Shown one piece after another: positions 32,434-41,561 of a stretch of DNA of 64,000 nucleotides (the stretch's first letter is position 1; each line of letters opens with the position of its first letter). The position numbers were made by a program, and so were the translations under genes. The stretch comes from an uncultured Gammaproteobacteria bacterium (GTDB taxonomy: Bacteria > Pseudomonadota > Gammaproteobacteria > Arenicellales > JAANXG01): assembly GCA_947258495.1 (NCBI GenBank), contig CAMYIN010000097.1, forward strand, positions 11,229-75,228, written 5' to 3'. A model generated the notes under the pieces. That model did no database searches. It saw nothing but the letters and a program-made list of their open reading frames with translations, and was not told the origin of the DNA.

Positions 32434-32786
32434 GCACGATCCAAGAGCAATCGAAATCGGCACAGCTAACGGACGCGGTCCGGGGCTCCCTGGAGGAGCG
32501 CGTGATCGCCGCGCTCAGGACGATTTACGATCCGGAAATTCCGGTGAACATCTACGACCTGGGTCTGATCTACGAGATCAACATCGACGCCGAAGCGGTG
32601 GTCAGCGTCAACATGACCCTGACCGCCCCGGGGTGCCCCGTGGCGCAGACCTTTCCCGGAGTCGTGGAGGAGAAGATAAGGTCTGTGGAAGGTGTCAAGG
32701 ACGCGGTCGTCGAACTGGTGTGGGACCCCCCCTGGGACCAGGATCTGATGAGCGAGGAGGCCAAGCTCGAACTCGGCCTGCTTTAG
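32430..32786 (+). CDS. sufT: DUF59 / SufT Fe-S assembly protein
   Basis: DPEIPVNIYDLGLIY, TLTAPGCP, WDPPW. Confidence 0.9.
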   Translation: MSTIQEQSKSAQLTDAVRGSLEERVIAALRTIYDPEIPVNIYDLGLIYEINIDAEAVVSVNMTLTAPGCPVAQTFPGVVEEKIRSVEGVKDAVVELVWDPPWDQDLMSEEAKLELGLL

Positions 32787-32979
32787 GGGCCGGGTGCCCA
32801 GGGCCGCAAAATCGGCCACGCTCCGCTGTAGCCTAGACGAGAAAGTGTAATCGCCGCAGTACGACGATTCGGCGCTCGCGTTTCCTGCGCGCACGCCCTC
32901 TCTTGTATCGGGTGCTGAATATTGTGGGCCACGCGCGGCTCGGCCACAGCGCGATCATCAAGCTTTTGTTTCGTCACTT

Positions 32980-33303
32980 ATGTCCGATTGGGTTGATGTA
33001 GCGAAAAAAGACGAACTCCCGCCCGGTGAGCGAGTCATCGTAGATGTCGATGACGTAGCCGTAGCGGTGTTCAATATCGATGGCGAATTTCTCGCAATCG
33101 AAGACGTGTGCTCCCACGACGGTGCGGAGCTGGCCAGTGGTGAGCTGGAGGGAGACGTCATCGTCTGCCCTCGGCACGGCGCCAAATTCTGCCTCAGGAC
33201 CGGCGACGTGCTGGCGCCCCCCGCGTACGAACCCATTTCGGTTTTCCCCGTTCGCATCGTCGGTGACACCGTGCAGGTGCGTGACGACCGGTGGGATTCG
33301 TGA
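32980..33303 (+). CDS. Rieske-type [2Fe-2S] ferredoxin
   Basis: CSH ... CPRH Rieske ligands, 107 aa. Confidence 0.92.
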   Translation: MSDWVDVAKKDELPPGERVIVDVDDVAVAVFNIDGEFLAIEDVCSHDGAELASGELEGDVIVCPRHGAKFCLRTGDVLAPPAYEPISVFPVRIVGDTVQVRDDRWDS

Positions 33304-33476
33304 TGCCGACCGTCCGTCACCTGTCGCCGATCGGTGTCGAGGACACGGGCGAAGGAGTTCGCATCGAGGGTTGTCCGGAGACGCGGGAACGCACACGTGC
33401 TCGTTGCGGTGTCGCTCACGCGAGTGCACGCCGGTCCAGCACGGGGACCCAATTTCGCAGATCGGGCTGAACGAAC

Positions 33477-34529
33477 ATGCCGATTTCGGGCACGGTAACC
33501 GTCTCCCTAGCTATCGTTGCCACGGTGGTGGGATTCTATGTTCTCGCCGTGGGCAAAGCGCTGCTGGTGCCGTTCGCGGTGGCCGTCATGATCTGGTACG
33601 TCATTAACGCCTTGAGCCGCGCCTACGGACATTGGTTGCTGCGGGGGCAGAAAGCTACCAATTGGGTGACGTTGTGCCTGGCGTTGGTGACGATATTCGT
33701 CGTCGCCGGTATTTTGGTCAACATGATCCAGTCGAACATCGCCCAGGTCTCGGCGGCGGTGCCCGCTTACAGGGAAAACCTGGAGCGGATCTTCCATCAA
33801 TTTACGGTCTGGACCGGCCTGGAACAATTACCGCATATCGGGCAGCTCACGGAGACGATAAAGCTCGGACCGGCAGTCTCGCAGCTGGTGTCGGCGCTCA
33901 CCGGTTTTCTGGGCAATACCGGATTGATTCTCATATACGTGATTTTTCTGTTGGTTGAGCAAAAGACGTTTTCACGCAAACTGGATTTTCTTTTCGCCGA
34001 TCCGCAGCACCGCGTTGCTACAGAGCGGCTGTTGTCGCACATGCAATCCGACATCCAGACGTACATCTCCATCAAGACGCTGATGAGTCTGGTCACCGGT
34101 TTCTTGAGTTATGGGATCTTGCTGGCTGTCGGAGTCGATTTTGCCGAGTTCTGGGCGTTTACCATTTTCCTCCTCAACTACATTCCCACCATCGGGTCGA
34201 TTATCGCCACGGTCTTTCCCGCGCTTCTGGCGCTGGTGCAGTTCGACAATGCGACGCCGTTTCTGGTCGTAGCCGTAGGTCTGACGGCGGTGCAATTCCT
34301 CGTAGGCAACGTCGTCGAACCGAAGCTCATGGGAAGTTCGCTGAACCTGAGCCCTTTGGTGGTGCTGTTGTCATTGGTTTTGTGGGGAAGCGTATGGGGC
34401 ATCGCGGGAATGTTTCTGAGTGTGCCGATTACGGTGATCGCCATGATAGTGCTGGCGCAATTCGACGGTACCCGGCCCATCGCCGTGCTCCTTTCCAAGG
34501 ACGGCAAGCTCAAATACGCTTCGCCGTGA
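33477..34529 (+). CDS. AI-2E family transporter
   Basis: NYIPTIGS, EPKLMG.SLNLSP, WG..WG..GM.LSVP. Confidence 0.92.
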   Translation: MPISGTVTVSLAIVATVVGFYVLAVGKALLVPFAVAVMIWYVINALSRAYGHWLLRGQKATNWVTLCLALVTIFVVAGILVNMIQSNIAQVSAAVPAYRENLERIFHQFTVWTGLEQLPHIGQLTETIKLGPAVSQLVSALTGFLGNTGLILIYVIFLLVEQKTFSRKLDFLFADPQHRVATERLLSHMQSDIQTYISIKTLMSLVTGFLSYGILLAVGVDFAEFWAFTIFLLNYIPTIGSIIATVFPALLALVQFDNATPFLVVAVGLTAVQFLVGNVVEPKLMGSSLNLSPLVVLLSLVLWGSVWGIAGMFLSVPITVIAMIVLAQFDGTRPIAVLLSKDGKLKYASP

Positions 34530-34599
34530 CGCCGCCGGGGAAAGTCGTCGGGGGCGTCCTCCGGGTCCCGGGTAATGGCGCGGGGATCGGGTCAAGACC

Positions 34600-34626
34600 T
34601 CGGGCCTGAGTTCGATTCAGGCCCGA
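34600..34626. terminator. strong hairpin between convergent genes
   Basis: TCGGGCCTGAG-ttcga-TTCAGGCCCGA; no U-tract on either side. Confidence 0.45.
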
Positions 34627-34674
34627 TCGGCATTCGCGTCAAGCCGCGCGCAGGCGTTGCACAGCGGCCCGGAC

Positions 34675-35991
34675 TCAGCCTTCCTTTCTGCCGCCGACGA
34701 CGTTGACGCCTTTCAGCAGGTTCAGCGCTTCGCGCAGCTGGAAATCGTCATCGATGGACGGACCTCTGTCGGGCGCGTCCTGCGCCTCTTCGTCGTTGTC
34801 TTTTCCGTTCTCGTTTCGCAGATGACCGAGCAGGTCCTGTTCACGGATGCGCCGCGAGGCGTCGCTGTCCTTCTTTGCGAGCTTCAGATCTTCGACGACC
34901 ACATCGGGGACAATGCCGGCGGCCTGGATGGAGCGGTCCTGTGGCGTGTAGTAACGGGCGGTGGTGATTTTCAGCGCCGCGCCGTTTTTCATCGGTAGTA
35001 TGGTCTGCACCGATCCCTTGCCGAAGGTCTTGGTGCCCATGATGATCGCGCGTTTATGGTCCTGCAGGGCACCGGCGACGATTTCGGACGCAGACGCCGA
35101 TCCGCCGTTGACCAGGACGACGATCGGTGCGTCGTCGCTGTAGTCATTGGGGGTGGCGGTGAATTTGAGTTGCGAGTCCTCGATTCGGCCCTTGGTGGAG
35201 ACAATCACCCCCTTTCGCAGGAAGGTGTCGGTGACCGCAACTGCGCCGTTCAGTACTCCCCCCGGGTTGTTCCGCAGGTCGAGCACGATGCCCTTCAAGG
35301 CTCCGCCGGATTGTTTCTTCATTTTGCCCAGTTGGCGTCGCACGGCGTCTGCGGTGGACGATTGAAACTGAGTCACGCGCAGATAGCCGTAGCCGTCCTC
35401 GAGGATTTTACCGCGCACACTGGTGATCTTGATGATAGCCCGCGTGAGCACGAACTCCAGCGGCTGAGGTTCGTCTTCTCGAATTACCGTCAGTTTTATT
35501 TTCGTGTTCGGCTTGCCGCGCATGCGCCGCACCGCATCGCTCAAGGTCATTCCCTTCACCGGGGAATCATCCAGGCGGGTGATCAGATCTCCGGCCTTGA
35601 TTCCCGCTCGATGAGCCGGGGTGTCGTCGATGGGGGCCACCACCTTGACGAAGCCGTTTTCCATGGTGACTTCGATTCCAAGGCCCCCGAATTTGCCTTC
35701 GGTACCGATGCGTACTTCCTTGAAGGACTCCGGGTCCAGATAGGTCGAATGCGGGTCCAGGCCGGAGAGCATGCCTTGAATCGCGTCGATAAGGAGTTTC
35801 TTGTCATCCACGTCTTCGACGTAGTCGCTCTTTACCTTGCCAAAGACCTCCGTCAAGACCCTCAACTCGTCCAGAGGCAGCGGCTGCAATGAATCCTGAC
35901 GTTCAGCCTGAACGTCCCGGTAAAACGTGGTACTGACGCCGAGCAACGCGCCTAGGGCCAACACTAATAAATTTCGAGTTACTCTACCCAT
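34675..35991 (-). CDS. ctpA: carboxy-terminal processing protease (S41)
   Basis: LDPHS, FGGLGIEV (PDZ), DLRNNPGG, SASASEI, TFGKGSVQ. Confidence 0.93.
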   Translation of the reverse strand: MGRVTRNLLVLALGALLGVSTTFYRDVQAERQDSLQPLPLDELRVLTEVFGKVKSDYVEDVDDKKLLIDAIQGMLSGLDPHSTYLDPESFKEVRIGTEGKFGGLGIEVTMENGFVKVVAPIDDTPAHRAGIKAGDLITRLDDSPVKGMTLSDAVRRMRGKPNTKIKLTVIREDEPQPLEFVLTRAIIKITSVRGKILEDGYGYLRVTQFQSSTADAVRRQLGKMKKQSGGALKGIVLDLRNNPGGVLNGAVAVTDTFLRKGVIVSTKGRIEDSQLKFTATPNDYSDDAPIVVLVNGGSASASEIVAGALQDHKRAIIMGTKTFGKGSVQTILPMKNGAALKITTARYYTPQDRSIQAAGIVPDVVVEDLKLAKKDSDASRRIREQDLLGHLRNENGKDNDEEAQDAPDRGPSIDDDFQLREALNLLKGVNVVGGRKEG

Positions 35992-36046
35992 ACTGCTGTT
36001 CTCCCGCCGCTACGATACCTGCGTGCGACTCGCCTGATGACTGCAT

Positions 36047-37186
36047 TTACCCGGCCTTGCACCACAAGAGCGGATTGCGTGGTTTCCCGTTATGCCTGAT
36101 TTCAAAATATAATCCGGTCTGGCTCAAACCGCCACTGTTCCCCACCACCGCGATGGGATTGCCGGTATCTACCCAGTCCCCCACTTCCTTGTACAGCAGC
36201 TTGTTGTGGCTGTACAAGCTCATATAGCCGTCGCCGTGATCGATAATCAATAATAACCCAAACCCCCGCAGCCAATCCGCGAACGCCACTCGTCCGTGAA
36301 ATACGGCGCGCACGACGCGGTCTTCGGGAGCCTTCAGGAACAGGCCCTGCCAGCGCAGGTTGCCTTTCTTCTGCTGATTGAAACGCGCCCCGATGGTCCC
36401 TTTTACCGGCAGCGCCAAGCGACCTTTCATGTCGCCGAATCTGATCTCGGCCTTCAAGGTCGCCGGCAGCTCTCGCATCATTTCCGCGAGCTCGGCAAGC
36501 AGCGTTTCGAGTCGGCGCTCGTGCTCGTGAAGCGATGCCAGTTCCTCGTTTTGGCTCAGAATGCGTGCCTCCAGTTTGGCAAGCAGCGCAGCGCGCTCCT
36601 TGCGCTTCTGTCGCAACGCCCGGCGGCTTTCCAGCTGCGTCTGCTGCAGCGCAACCAGTTCCCGCTGCTCCTTATCCAATCGTTCCTGCGACTGCTGCAA
36701 AGCCGCCAGGGACTGACGCACGGCTTCGATCTGTTGACTGCGCGCACGCGCGAGATAGCGGTAGTAGGTGATCGCCCGGCCCAGCTTGGCCGGGTCCTCC
36801 TGATTGAGCAGCATCTTGACATACCCCTGCCGTCCCATGACATAGGTTGCGTATATCGTGCGACTGAAGACGTCGGTGTGCGTCTGCAGACGTTGCTGCT
36901 GACGCTCGCGATCCGCATTGAGCTCTTTGATGCGCGTGTTTTTCTGTTCGATCGCCGTGCGCAGCGCGCGCAGCTTGGCGTTGATGGCCCCGATTTCCCG
37001 CTCGCTGCGATGCAGCGCTTCGCGGGTCTCATCCCGCTTTGACCTGTCGCGATTTATTTCAGCCTGCAGCGCCTGCATTTTTACCCGCAGTCGCTGCAGC
37101 TGTTTTTCGTACGGTCCTTCGGGCGGCGCGGCCGCGGTCGTCGCGGCCGCGAGCATGGTAGCGAAAACGAGGAATCTGGGAGCCAC
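36047..37186 (-). CDS. envC: murein hydrolase activator EnvC
   Basis: long coiled coil plus degenerate M23 domain (WQG, GFGLLLIIDHG, LYFEIR). Confidence 0.9.
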   Translation of the reverse strand: MAPRFLVFATMLAAATTAAAPPEGPYEKQLQRLRVKMQALQAEINRDRSKRDETREALHRSEREIGAINAKLRALRTAIEQKNTRIKELNADRERQQQRLQTHTDVFSRTIYATYVMGRQGYVKMLLNQEDPAKLGRAITYYRYLARARSQQIEAVRQSLAALQQSQERLDKEQRELVALQQTQLESRRALRQKRKERAALLAKLEARILSQNEELASLHEHERRLETLLAELAEMMRELPATLKAEIRFGDMKGRLALPVKGTIGARFNQQKKGNLRWQGLFLKAPEDRVVRAVFHGRVAFADWLRGFGLLLIIDHGDGYMSLYSHNKLLYKEVGDWVDTGNPIAVVGNSGGLSQTGLYFEIRHNGKPRNPLLWCKAG

Positions 37187-37218
37187 AAACGGCGATTATA
37201 GGGGCTTTTATCGGCGTA

Positions 37219-37246
37219 ATATTAGTGTATAATCGACTACTAATAG
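37219..37246. promoter_or_regulatory. AT-rich promoter/operator of the ArsR gene
   Basis: perfect TATAAT (37228-37233) flanked by ATATTAG (37219-25) and CTAATAG (37240-46). Confidence 0.5.
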
Positions 37247-37270
37247 AGTTACGACTGGAAAGGGTGGCCC

Positions 37271-37627
37271 ATGAGCAGTTCGAAATCCGGCGCCGGCAAT
37301 TCCGCAGCCACTGCGGCCGAGATGCTGCTGGCGAGCGAGGCGGACATTCATCATGCCTCGCGATCGCTGAAAGCGATGGCCCATCCGCTGCGACTCAAGA
37401 TCTTGTGTATCCTGGGAGGAGCGCCGGAGACCAGCGTCCAGGACCTCGTTGATATGGTCGGTACTTCGCAAAGCAACATTTCCCAACACCTCTCCATTTT
37501 ACGGGATAAAGGCATCCTGGACTCGCGCAAGGACGCCAACAAGGTCTACTACAGCATCGGCGACGAACGCATTCTTCGGCTCATGGAGTCGATGCGGCTC
37601 GCGTTCTGCACCACACAGGATCACTGA
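37271..37627 (+). CDS. ArsR/SmtB regulator, BigR/SqrR-type two-Cys persulfide sensor
   Basis: LKAMAHPLRLKILCIL, SQSNISQHL, C-terminal LAFC. Confidence 0.85.
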   Translation: MSSSKSGAGNSAATAAEMLLASEADIHHASRSLKAMAHPLRLKILCILGGAPETSVQDLVDMVGTSQSNISQHLSILRDKGILDSRKDANKVYYSIGDERILRLMESMRLAFCTTQDH

Positions 37628-37757
37628 CCACCACGTCCTGCGCCGTACGGACGGCGCTACCGCACCGTCGGCGCCGATCTATTGCTGATGGCGACCATAA
37701 CCGGTAATCTCGCGCACTTCCAGGATTTATCGATACCGGTCTCAACGGCCTCCTCAG

Positions 37758-38174
37758 ATGACGACAAAATTCATCATCGACAACTGGTATTTATTCGCGA
37801 TGGCGGCCGCGATCGTCGTCATGCTACTGCTGGAGCCTCTACGGACACGCCGTTCCGGAATCAAGTCGGTATCGGCATTGGAGCTCCCCCGTTTGCTCCG
37901 GGATGACGCCCTCATCGTCGATGTCAGTGAGCCCCATGAATTCAAGAAGGGTCATATAGCCCGTTCCTTGAACGTGCCGCTAAAGAAACTATCCTCAGAT
38001 AACGTCGCCCTGAAGAAGAACAAAGATAAGACGATAATCATCACTTGCAGAACCGGGAATCGCTCGTCGACCGCCGCCCGTGCACTCAGCAAACAAGGGT
38101 TCGAGCGCGTGTATACGTTGGCGGGAGGAGTGCTTTCCTGGGAAAAGGAAAAGCTGCCCATAGAAAAAGGTTAA
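37758..38174 (+). CDS. membrane-anchored rhodanese (YibN-like)
   Basis: N-terminal TM, GHI, CRTGNR active-site loop, LAGG..SW; upstream of secB. Confidence 0.88.
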   Translation: MTTKFIIDNWYLFAMAAAIVVMLLLEPLRTRRSGIKSVSALELPRLLRDDALIVDVSEPHEFKKGHIARSLNVPLKKLSSDNVALKKNKDKTIIITCRTGNRSSTAARALSKQGFERVYTLAGGVLSWEKEKLPIEKG

Positions 38175-38228
38175 CAGGTCTCTGATCAATTCAGAGCCGT
38201 CGCGAAATTCTAAAATAAGGTGCGCGAA

Positions 38229-38765
38229 ATGGCAGAACAGCCGCAAAGTCAAGCAAAATTCGGTATACGAAAGATCTACCTCAAGGACGTTTCCTTCGAG
38301 TCGCCGCAGGCGCCGCAAATCTTCGTTAAGGCCGACATCACGCCGACCATCGATGTGCAGATTCGCCTTGCCCACTCGGTATTGAGCAAGGAAACGGGTT
38401 TCTACGAGGTGGTATTGACGATGACGGTGACCGCGAAGTCGGGCGACCAGACCACGTTTCTCATCGAGGCGCAACAAGCGGGTGTGTTCGAGATAATGGG
38501 GGTCAGCGACGACGAATTGCCCCTGGCCCTCGAAGTGGCCTGCCCCAACGTATTGCTGCCGTTTGCCCGCGAAGCGGTGGCGGATTTCGTGGCCAAAGGT
38601 GGTTTTCCTCAGCTTTTGGTCAACCCCGTGAATTTCGAGGCGCTCTACCTGCAGAAAAAGTCGCAGCAGCAGGCGACGTCCCCGGCGGGCGGAAACGGCG
38701 AGGCCGATGCCAAAACGGCCACCGCGCCGGAAAAGTCCCCGCCCGAGGAACCGAAGGCCAACTGA
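38229..38765 (+). CDS. secB: protein-export chaperone SecB
   Basis: KIYLKDVSFESP, YEVVL, QAGVF, CPNVLLPFARE, GGFP, PVNFEALY. Confidence 0.96.
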   Translation: MAEQPQSQAKFGIRKIYLKDVSFESPQAPQIFVKADITPTIDVQIRLAHSVLSKETGFYEVVLTMTVTAKSGDQTTFLIEAQQAGVFEIMGVSDDELPLALEVACPNVLLPFAREAVADFVAKGGFPQLLVNPVNFEALYLQKKSQQQATSPAGGNGEADAKTATAPEKSPPEEPKAN

Positions 38766-38825
38766 AGTCCGCGCAACGGACTGACGTACGTCCCCCGGGT
38801 CATGCCGAGTCTGGATCCCGGTAAC

Positions 38826-39827
38826 ATGAGCGCCTCCGTGGCGGTGCTCGGCGCGGGTTCCTGGGGTACCGCCCTGGCCGTACTGCTCGCCCGCAACGGC
38901 CATCGCGTGCGCCTGTGGGGCCACGATGCGGAGCACATGGCGAGGCTCTCAAGGCATCGCGAAAACAAGGACTACCTTCCCGGCATTGCACTTCCCGACG
39001 CCGTAGATGTATGCCTCGAATTGGCGGCCGTGGTGCGCGGCAACGACCAGATCCTTATCGTGGTTCCGAGCCACGCGTTTCGGCATACGGTGGCGCAGAT
39101 CGCCGAGACGCGTCCCGACCGCAGCGGAATGATCGTCGCCTGGGGCACTAAGGGATTCGATCCCGATCGCGAGTTGCTGCTGAGCGACGTCGTCGTCGAG
39201 TTACTGGGCACGTCGGTGTCGCGCGCCGTAGTGTCTGGACCCAGTTTCGCGAGCGAAGTCGCCAGGGCGTTGCCGACGGCTCTGACGGTGGCCTCGGACG
39301 ACGAGGAGATCGCGGCGCGCGTGGCCGCTTGGTTGCGCAACGAACGCGTACGTGTGTACACCAACCCGGACATGGCGGGGGTTCAGCTCGGAGGCGCCAT
39401 CAAGAACGTCATGGCGTTGGCGGCGGGGATCAGCGATGGGCTGGGATTCGGCGCCAATGCCCGCGCCGCCCTCATAACCCGGGGTTTGGCGGAGATGCAT
39501 CGATTGGGGGTGGCGCTCGGGGGGCGCGCTTCCACCTTCATGGGATTGACCGGCGTTGGGGATCTGGTACTGACTTGTACCGATGACCAGTCTCGTAACC
39601 GGCGCGTTGGCATCGCACTCGGAAAAGGCCGAAGCCTGCAGCAGGCGCTGGCGGATGTCGGTCAGGAAGCGGAAGGCGTGAAGACCGTGCGCGAGTTGTA
39701 CAATATGGCGACACGCGCACGCATAGACATGCCGATCACGGAAAAAGTCTACCGGGTGATCTACGAGGGACATTCGCCGCAGATGGCGGTGGAAGAGCTC
39801 ATCCGGCGCGAGCCCAAATCGGAGTAG
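38826..39827 (+). CDS. gpsA: NAD(P)H-dependent glycerol-3-phosphate dehydrogenase
   Basis: GAGSWGTALA, TKG, SGPSFA, GAIKNV, GDLVLTC...SRN. Confidence 0.96.
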   Translation: MSASVAVLGAGSWGTALAVLLARNGHRVRLWGHDAEHMARLSRHRENKDYLPGIALPDAVDVCLELAAVVRGNDQILIVVPSHAFRHTVAQIAETRPDRSGMIVAWGTKGFDPDRELLLSDVVVELLGTSVSRAVVSGPSFASEVARALPTALTVASDDEEIAARVAAWLRNERVRVYTNPDMAGVQLGGAIKNVMALAAGISDGLGFGANARAALITRGLAEMHRLGVALGGRASTFMGLTGVGDLVLTCTDDQSRNRRVGIALGKGRSLQQALADVGQEAEGVKTVRELYNMATRARIDMPITEKVYRVIYEGHSPQMAVEELIRREPKSE

Positions 39828-39844
39828 TCACGGACAGCGGCGTT

Positions 39845-40312
39845 TCACGTCTTTCTCTCCGCAAAGCCGAGTTGTCGCCACGCCTCGAACACCACCACGC
39901 TGACTGCGTTGGAGAGATTGAGGGAGCGGTTGTTGGGGATCATCGGCAGCGTGATACGCTGCCCCTCGGGCACCGAGTCTCGAAGATCGGGGGGCAGTCC
40001 TCGGGTCTCCGGACCGAACAGAAACACGTCCTGCTGCCGATACCGGGGCGCGGTGTAGACGGTGCGGTTGTGCGTCGACACCGTGAACAGACGTCCGCTC
40101 GTGATCGACGCCAGGAACGCCGCTACCGAGGGGTGCCTCGCCACGCTCGCCCAGTCGCTGTAATCGAGTCCGGCGCGGCGGAGTTTCGCGTCGTCCGGAC
40201 TGAAACCGAGCGGTTCGATCAAATGCAGACGACAACCGGTATTGGCGCACAATCGCATGACGTTGCCGGTGTTGGGCGGTATCTCGGGTTGATAGAGAAC
40301 CACGTGAAACAC
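39845..40312 (-). CDS. trmL: tRNA (cytidine34-2'-O)-methyltransferase
   Basis: PEIPPNTGN..RLCA, RRAGLDY, FGPETRGLP, RSLNLSN. Confidence 0.95.
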   Translation of the reverse strand: MFHVVLYQPEIPPNTGNVMRLCANTGCRLHLIEPLGFSPDDAKLRRAGLDYSDWASVARHPSVAAFLASITSGRLFTVSTHNRTVYTAPRYRQQDVFLFGPETRGLPPDLRDSVPEGQRITLPMIPNNRSLNLSNAVSVVVFEAWRQLGFAERKT

Positions 40313-40324
40313 GGCGGCCTCCTC

Positions 40325-41521
40325 CTATTCGAGGTTCGTTCGCCGCTTGCGGCGATGTCCGGGCGCCGGTTCCGGCAGCATCCGCAACAGCAGCCCATCG
40401 AGATGGCGATAGCCGCGCGCGGTCGCGCGCACGCGCGTGCCGTCGATCGACATCAGGCCCATACGTGTCAGCGTTTCGCATTGCTGCAGGAGACGATGCG
40501 GGCACAAACCCGTGCGGCGCTCGAACAGCGTGGTCGAGAATCCGTGTCTCAGCCTCAGGGCGTTCATGAGGAATTCGAAAGCGCGATCCTCGGCGGTCAA
40601 CTCCCTCACGCCGGCGACACGGGCGTCGCTGGACGCGTTACGCATGTATTCCTTCGGATGTCGGGTTTTCCAACTGCGCACGACGCGATGCGGGTGCGTG
40701 ATCTTGGAGTGCGCCCCGGCGCCGATGCCGAGATAGTCGCCGAAACGCCAATAGTTGAGATTGTGCCGGCACCGGCGCGCGGCCCGGGCGTACGCGGAAA
40801 CCTCGTATCGGGCATACCCCGCGGAGCGCAGTACCGCCTGGATCAGCCGTTGCATGCGGCACAGTTCGTCTTCGTCGGGCAGCGGTGGCGGGTTGCGGTG
40901 AAACGGTGTGTTGGCCTCCAGGGTCAGTTGATAGTAGGACAAGTGAGGCGGCCGCGCCGCGATGGCGGCCTCCACGTCCCTGCCCGCGTCGTCGAGCGTC
41001 TGTGCCGGCAGACCGAACATCATATCGACGTTGACGCTGTCGAACCCGGTGGCGTTGGCGGCGGCAACCGCCGCCAACGCCTGCTCGTCATCGTGGGCCC
41101 GACCCAGGCGCCGGAGAAATGCGGTTTGAAAGCTTTGCACCCCGAGCGACAATCGGTTGACGCCGGCTCGTCGATAACCGAGAAACGCATCCGCCTCGGC
41201 GCTCTCCGGATTTGCCTCCAGGGTGATCTCTGCGTCGGGCTCCAAGGGAAGCCTTGCGGATATGCCTGCGATCAGCGAGGCGATGCCTGCAACACTGAAT
41301 AGGCTGGGGGTACCGCCGCCGAGGAAGATCGAGCACAGCGTTCGGCCTTCTATTTCGTGGAGGTGCTGCTCAAGATCGATGAGCAATGCGGCGATGTAGT
41401 CGCGCTCCGGCAATCGCGCTCGAAGCGGGTGCGAATTGAAATCGCAATAGGGGCACTTCGAGGTGCACCAGGGCAGGTGCACATACAGGGACAGCGGCGG
41501 CAATTCAGAAAAAAGCGCCAC
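40325..41521 (-). CDS. hemW: radical SAM heme chaperone HemW
   Basis: LYVHLPWCTSKCPYCDF, FLGGGTPS, EANP, YEVS, HNLNYW, GIGAGAH. Confidence 0.93.
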   Translation of the reverse strand: MALFSELPPLSLYVHLPWCTSKCPYCDFNSHPLRARLPERDYIAALLIDLEQHLHEIEGRTLCSIFLGGGTPSLFSVAGIASLIAGISARLPLEPDAEITLEANPESAEADAFLGYRRAGVNRLSLGVQSFQTAFLRRLGRAHDDEQALAAVAAANATGFDSVNVDMMFGLPAQTLDDAGRDVEAAIAARPPHLSYYQLTLEANTPFHRNPPPLPDEDELCRMQRLIQAVLRSAGYARYEVSAYARAARRCRHNLNYWRFGDYLGIGAGAHSKITHPHRVVRSWKTRHPKEYMRNASSDARVAGVRELTAEDRAFEFLMNALRLRHGFSTTLFERRTGLCPHRLLQQCETLTRMGLMSIDGTRVRATARGYRHLDGLLLRMLPEPAPGHRRKRRTNLE

Positions 41522-41561
41522 GCCGGGCCGGCCGTCGGCGAATCCGATTGCACGGCCGTGG

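Noticed and set aside
34560-34635. tRNA-like GGTAA...GTTCGATTC
   Set aside because: T-stem and acceptor stem do not pair as a cloverleaf; better explained as a simple hairpin
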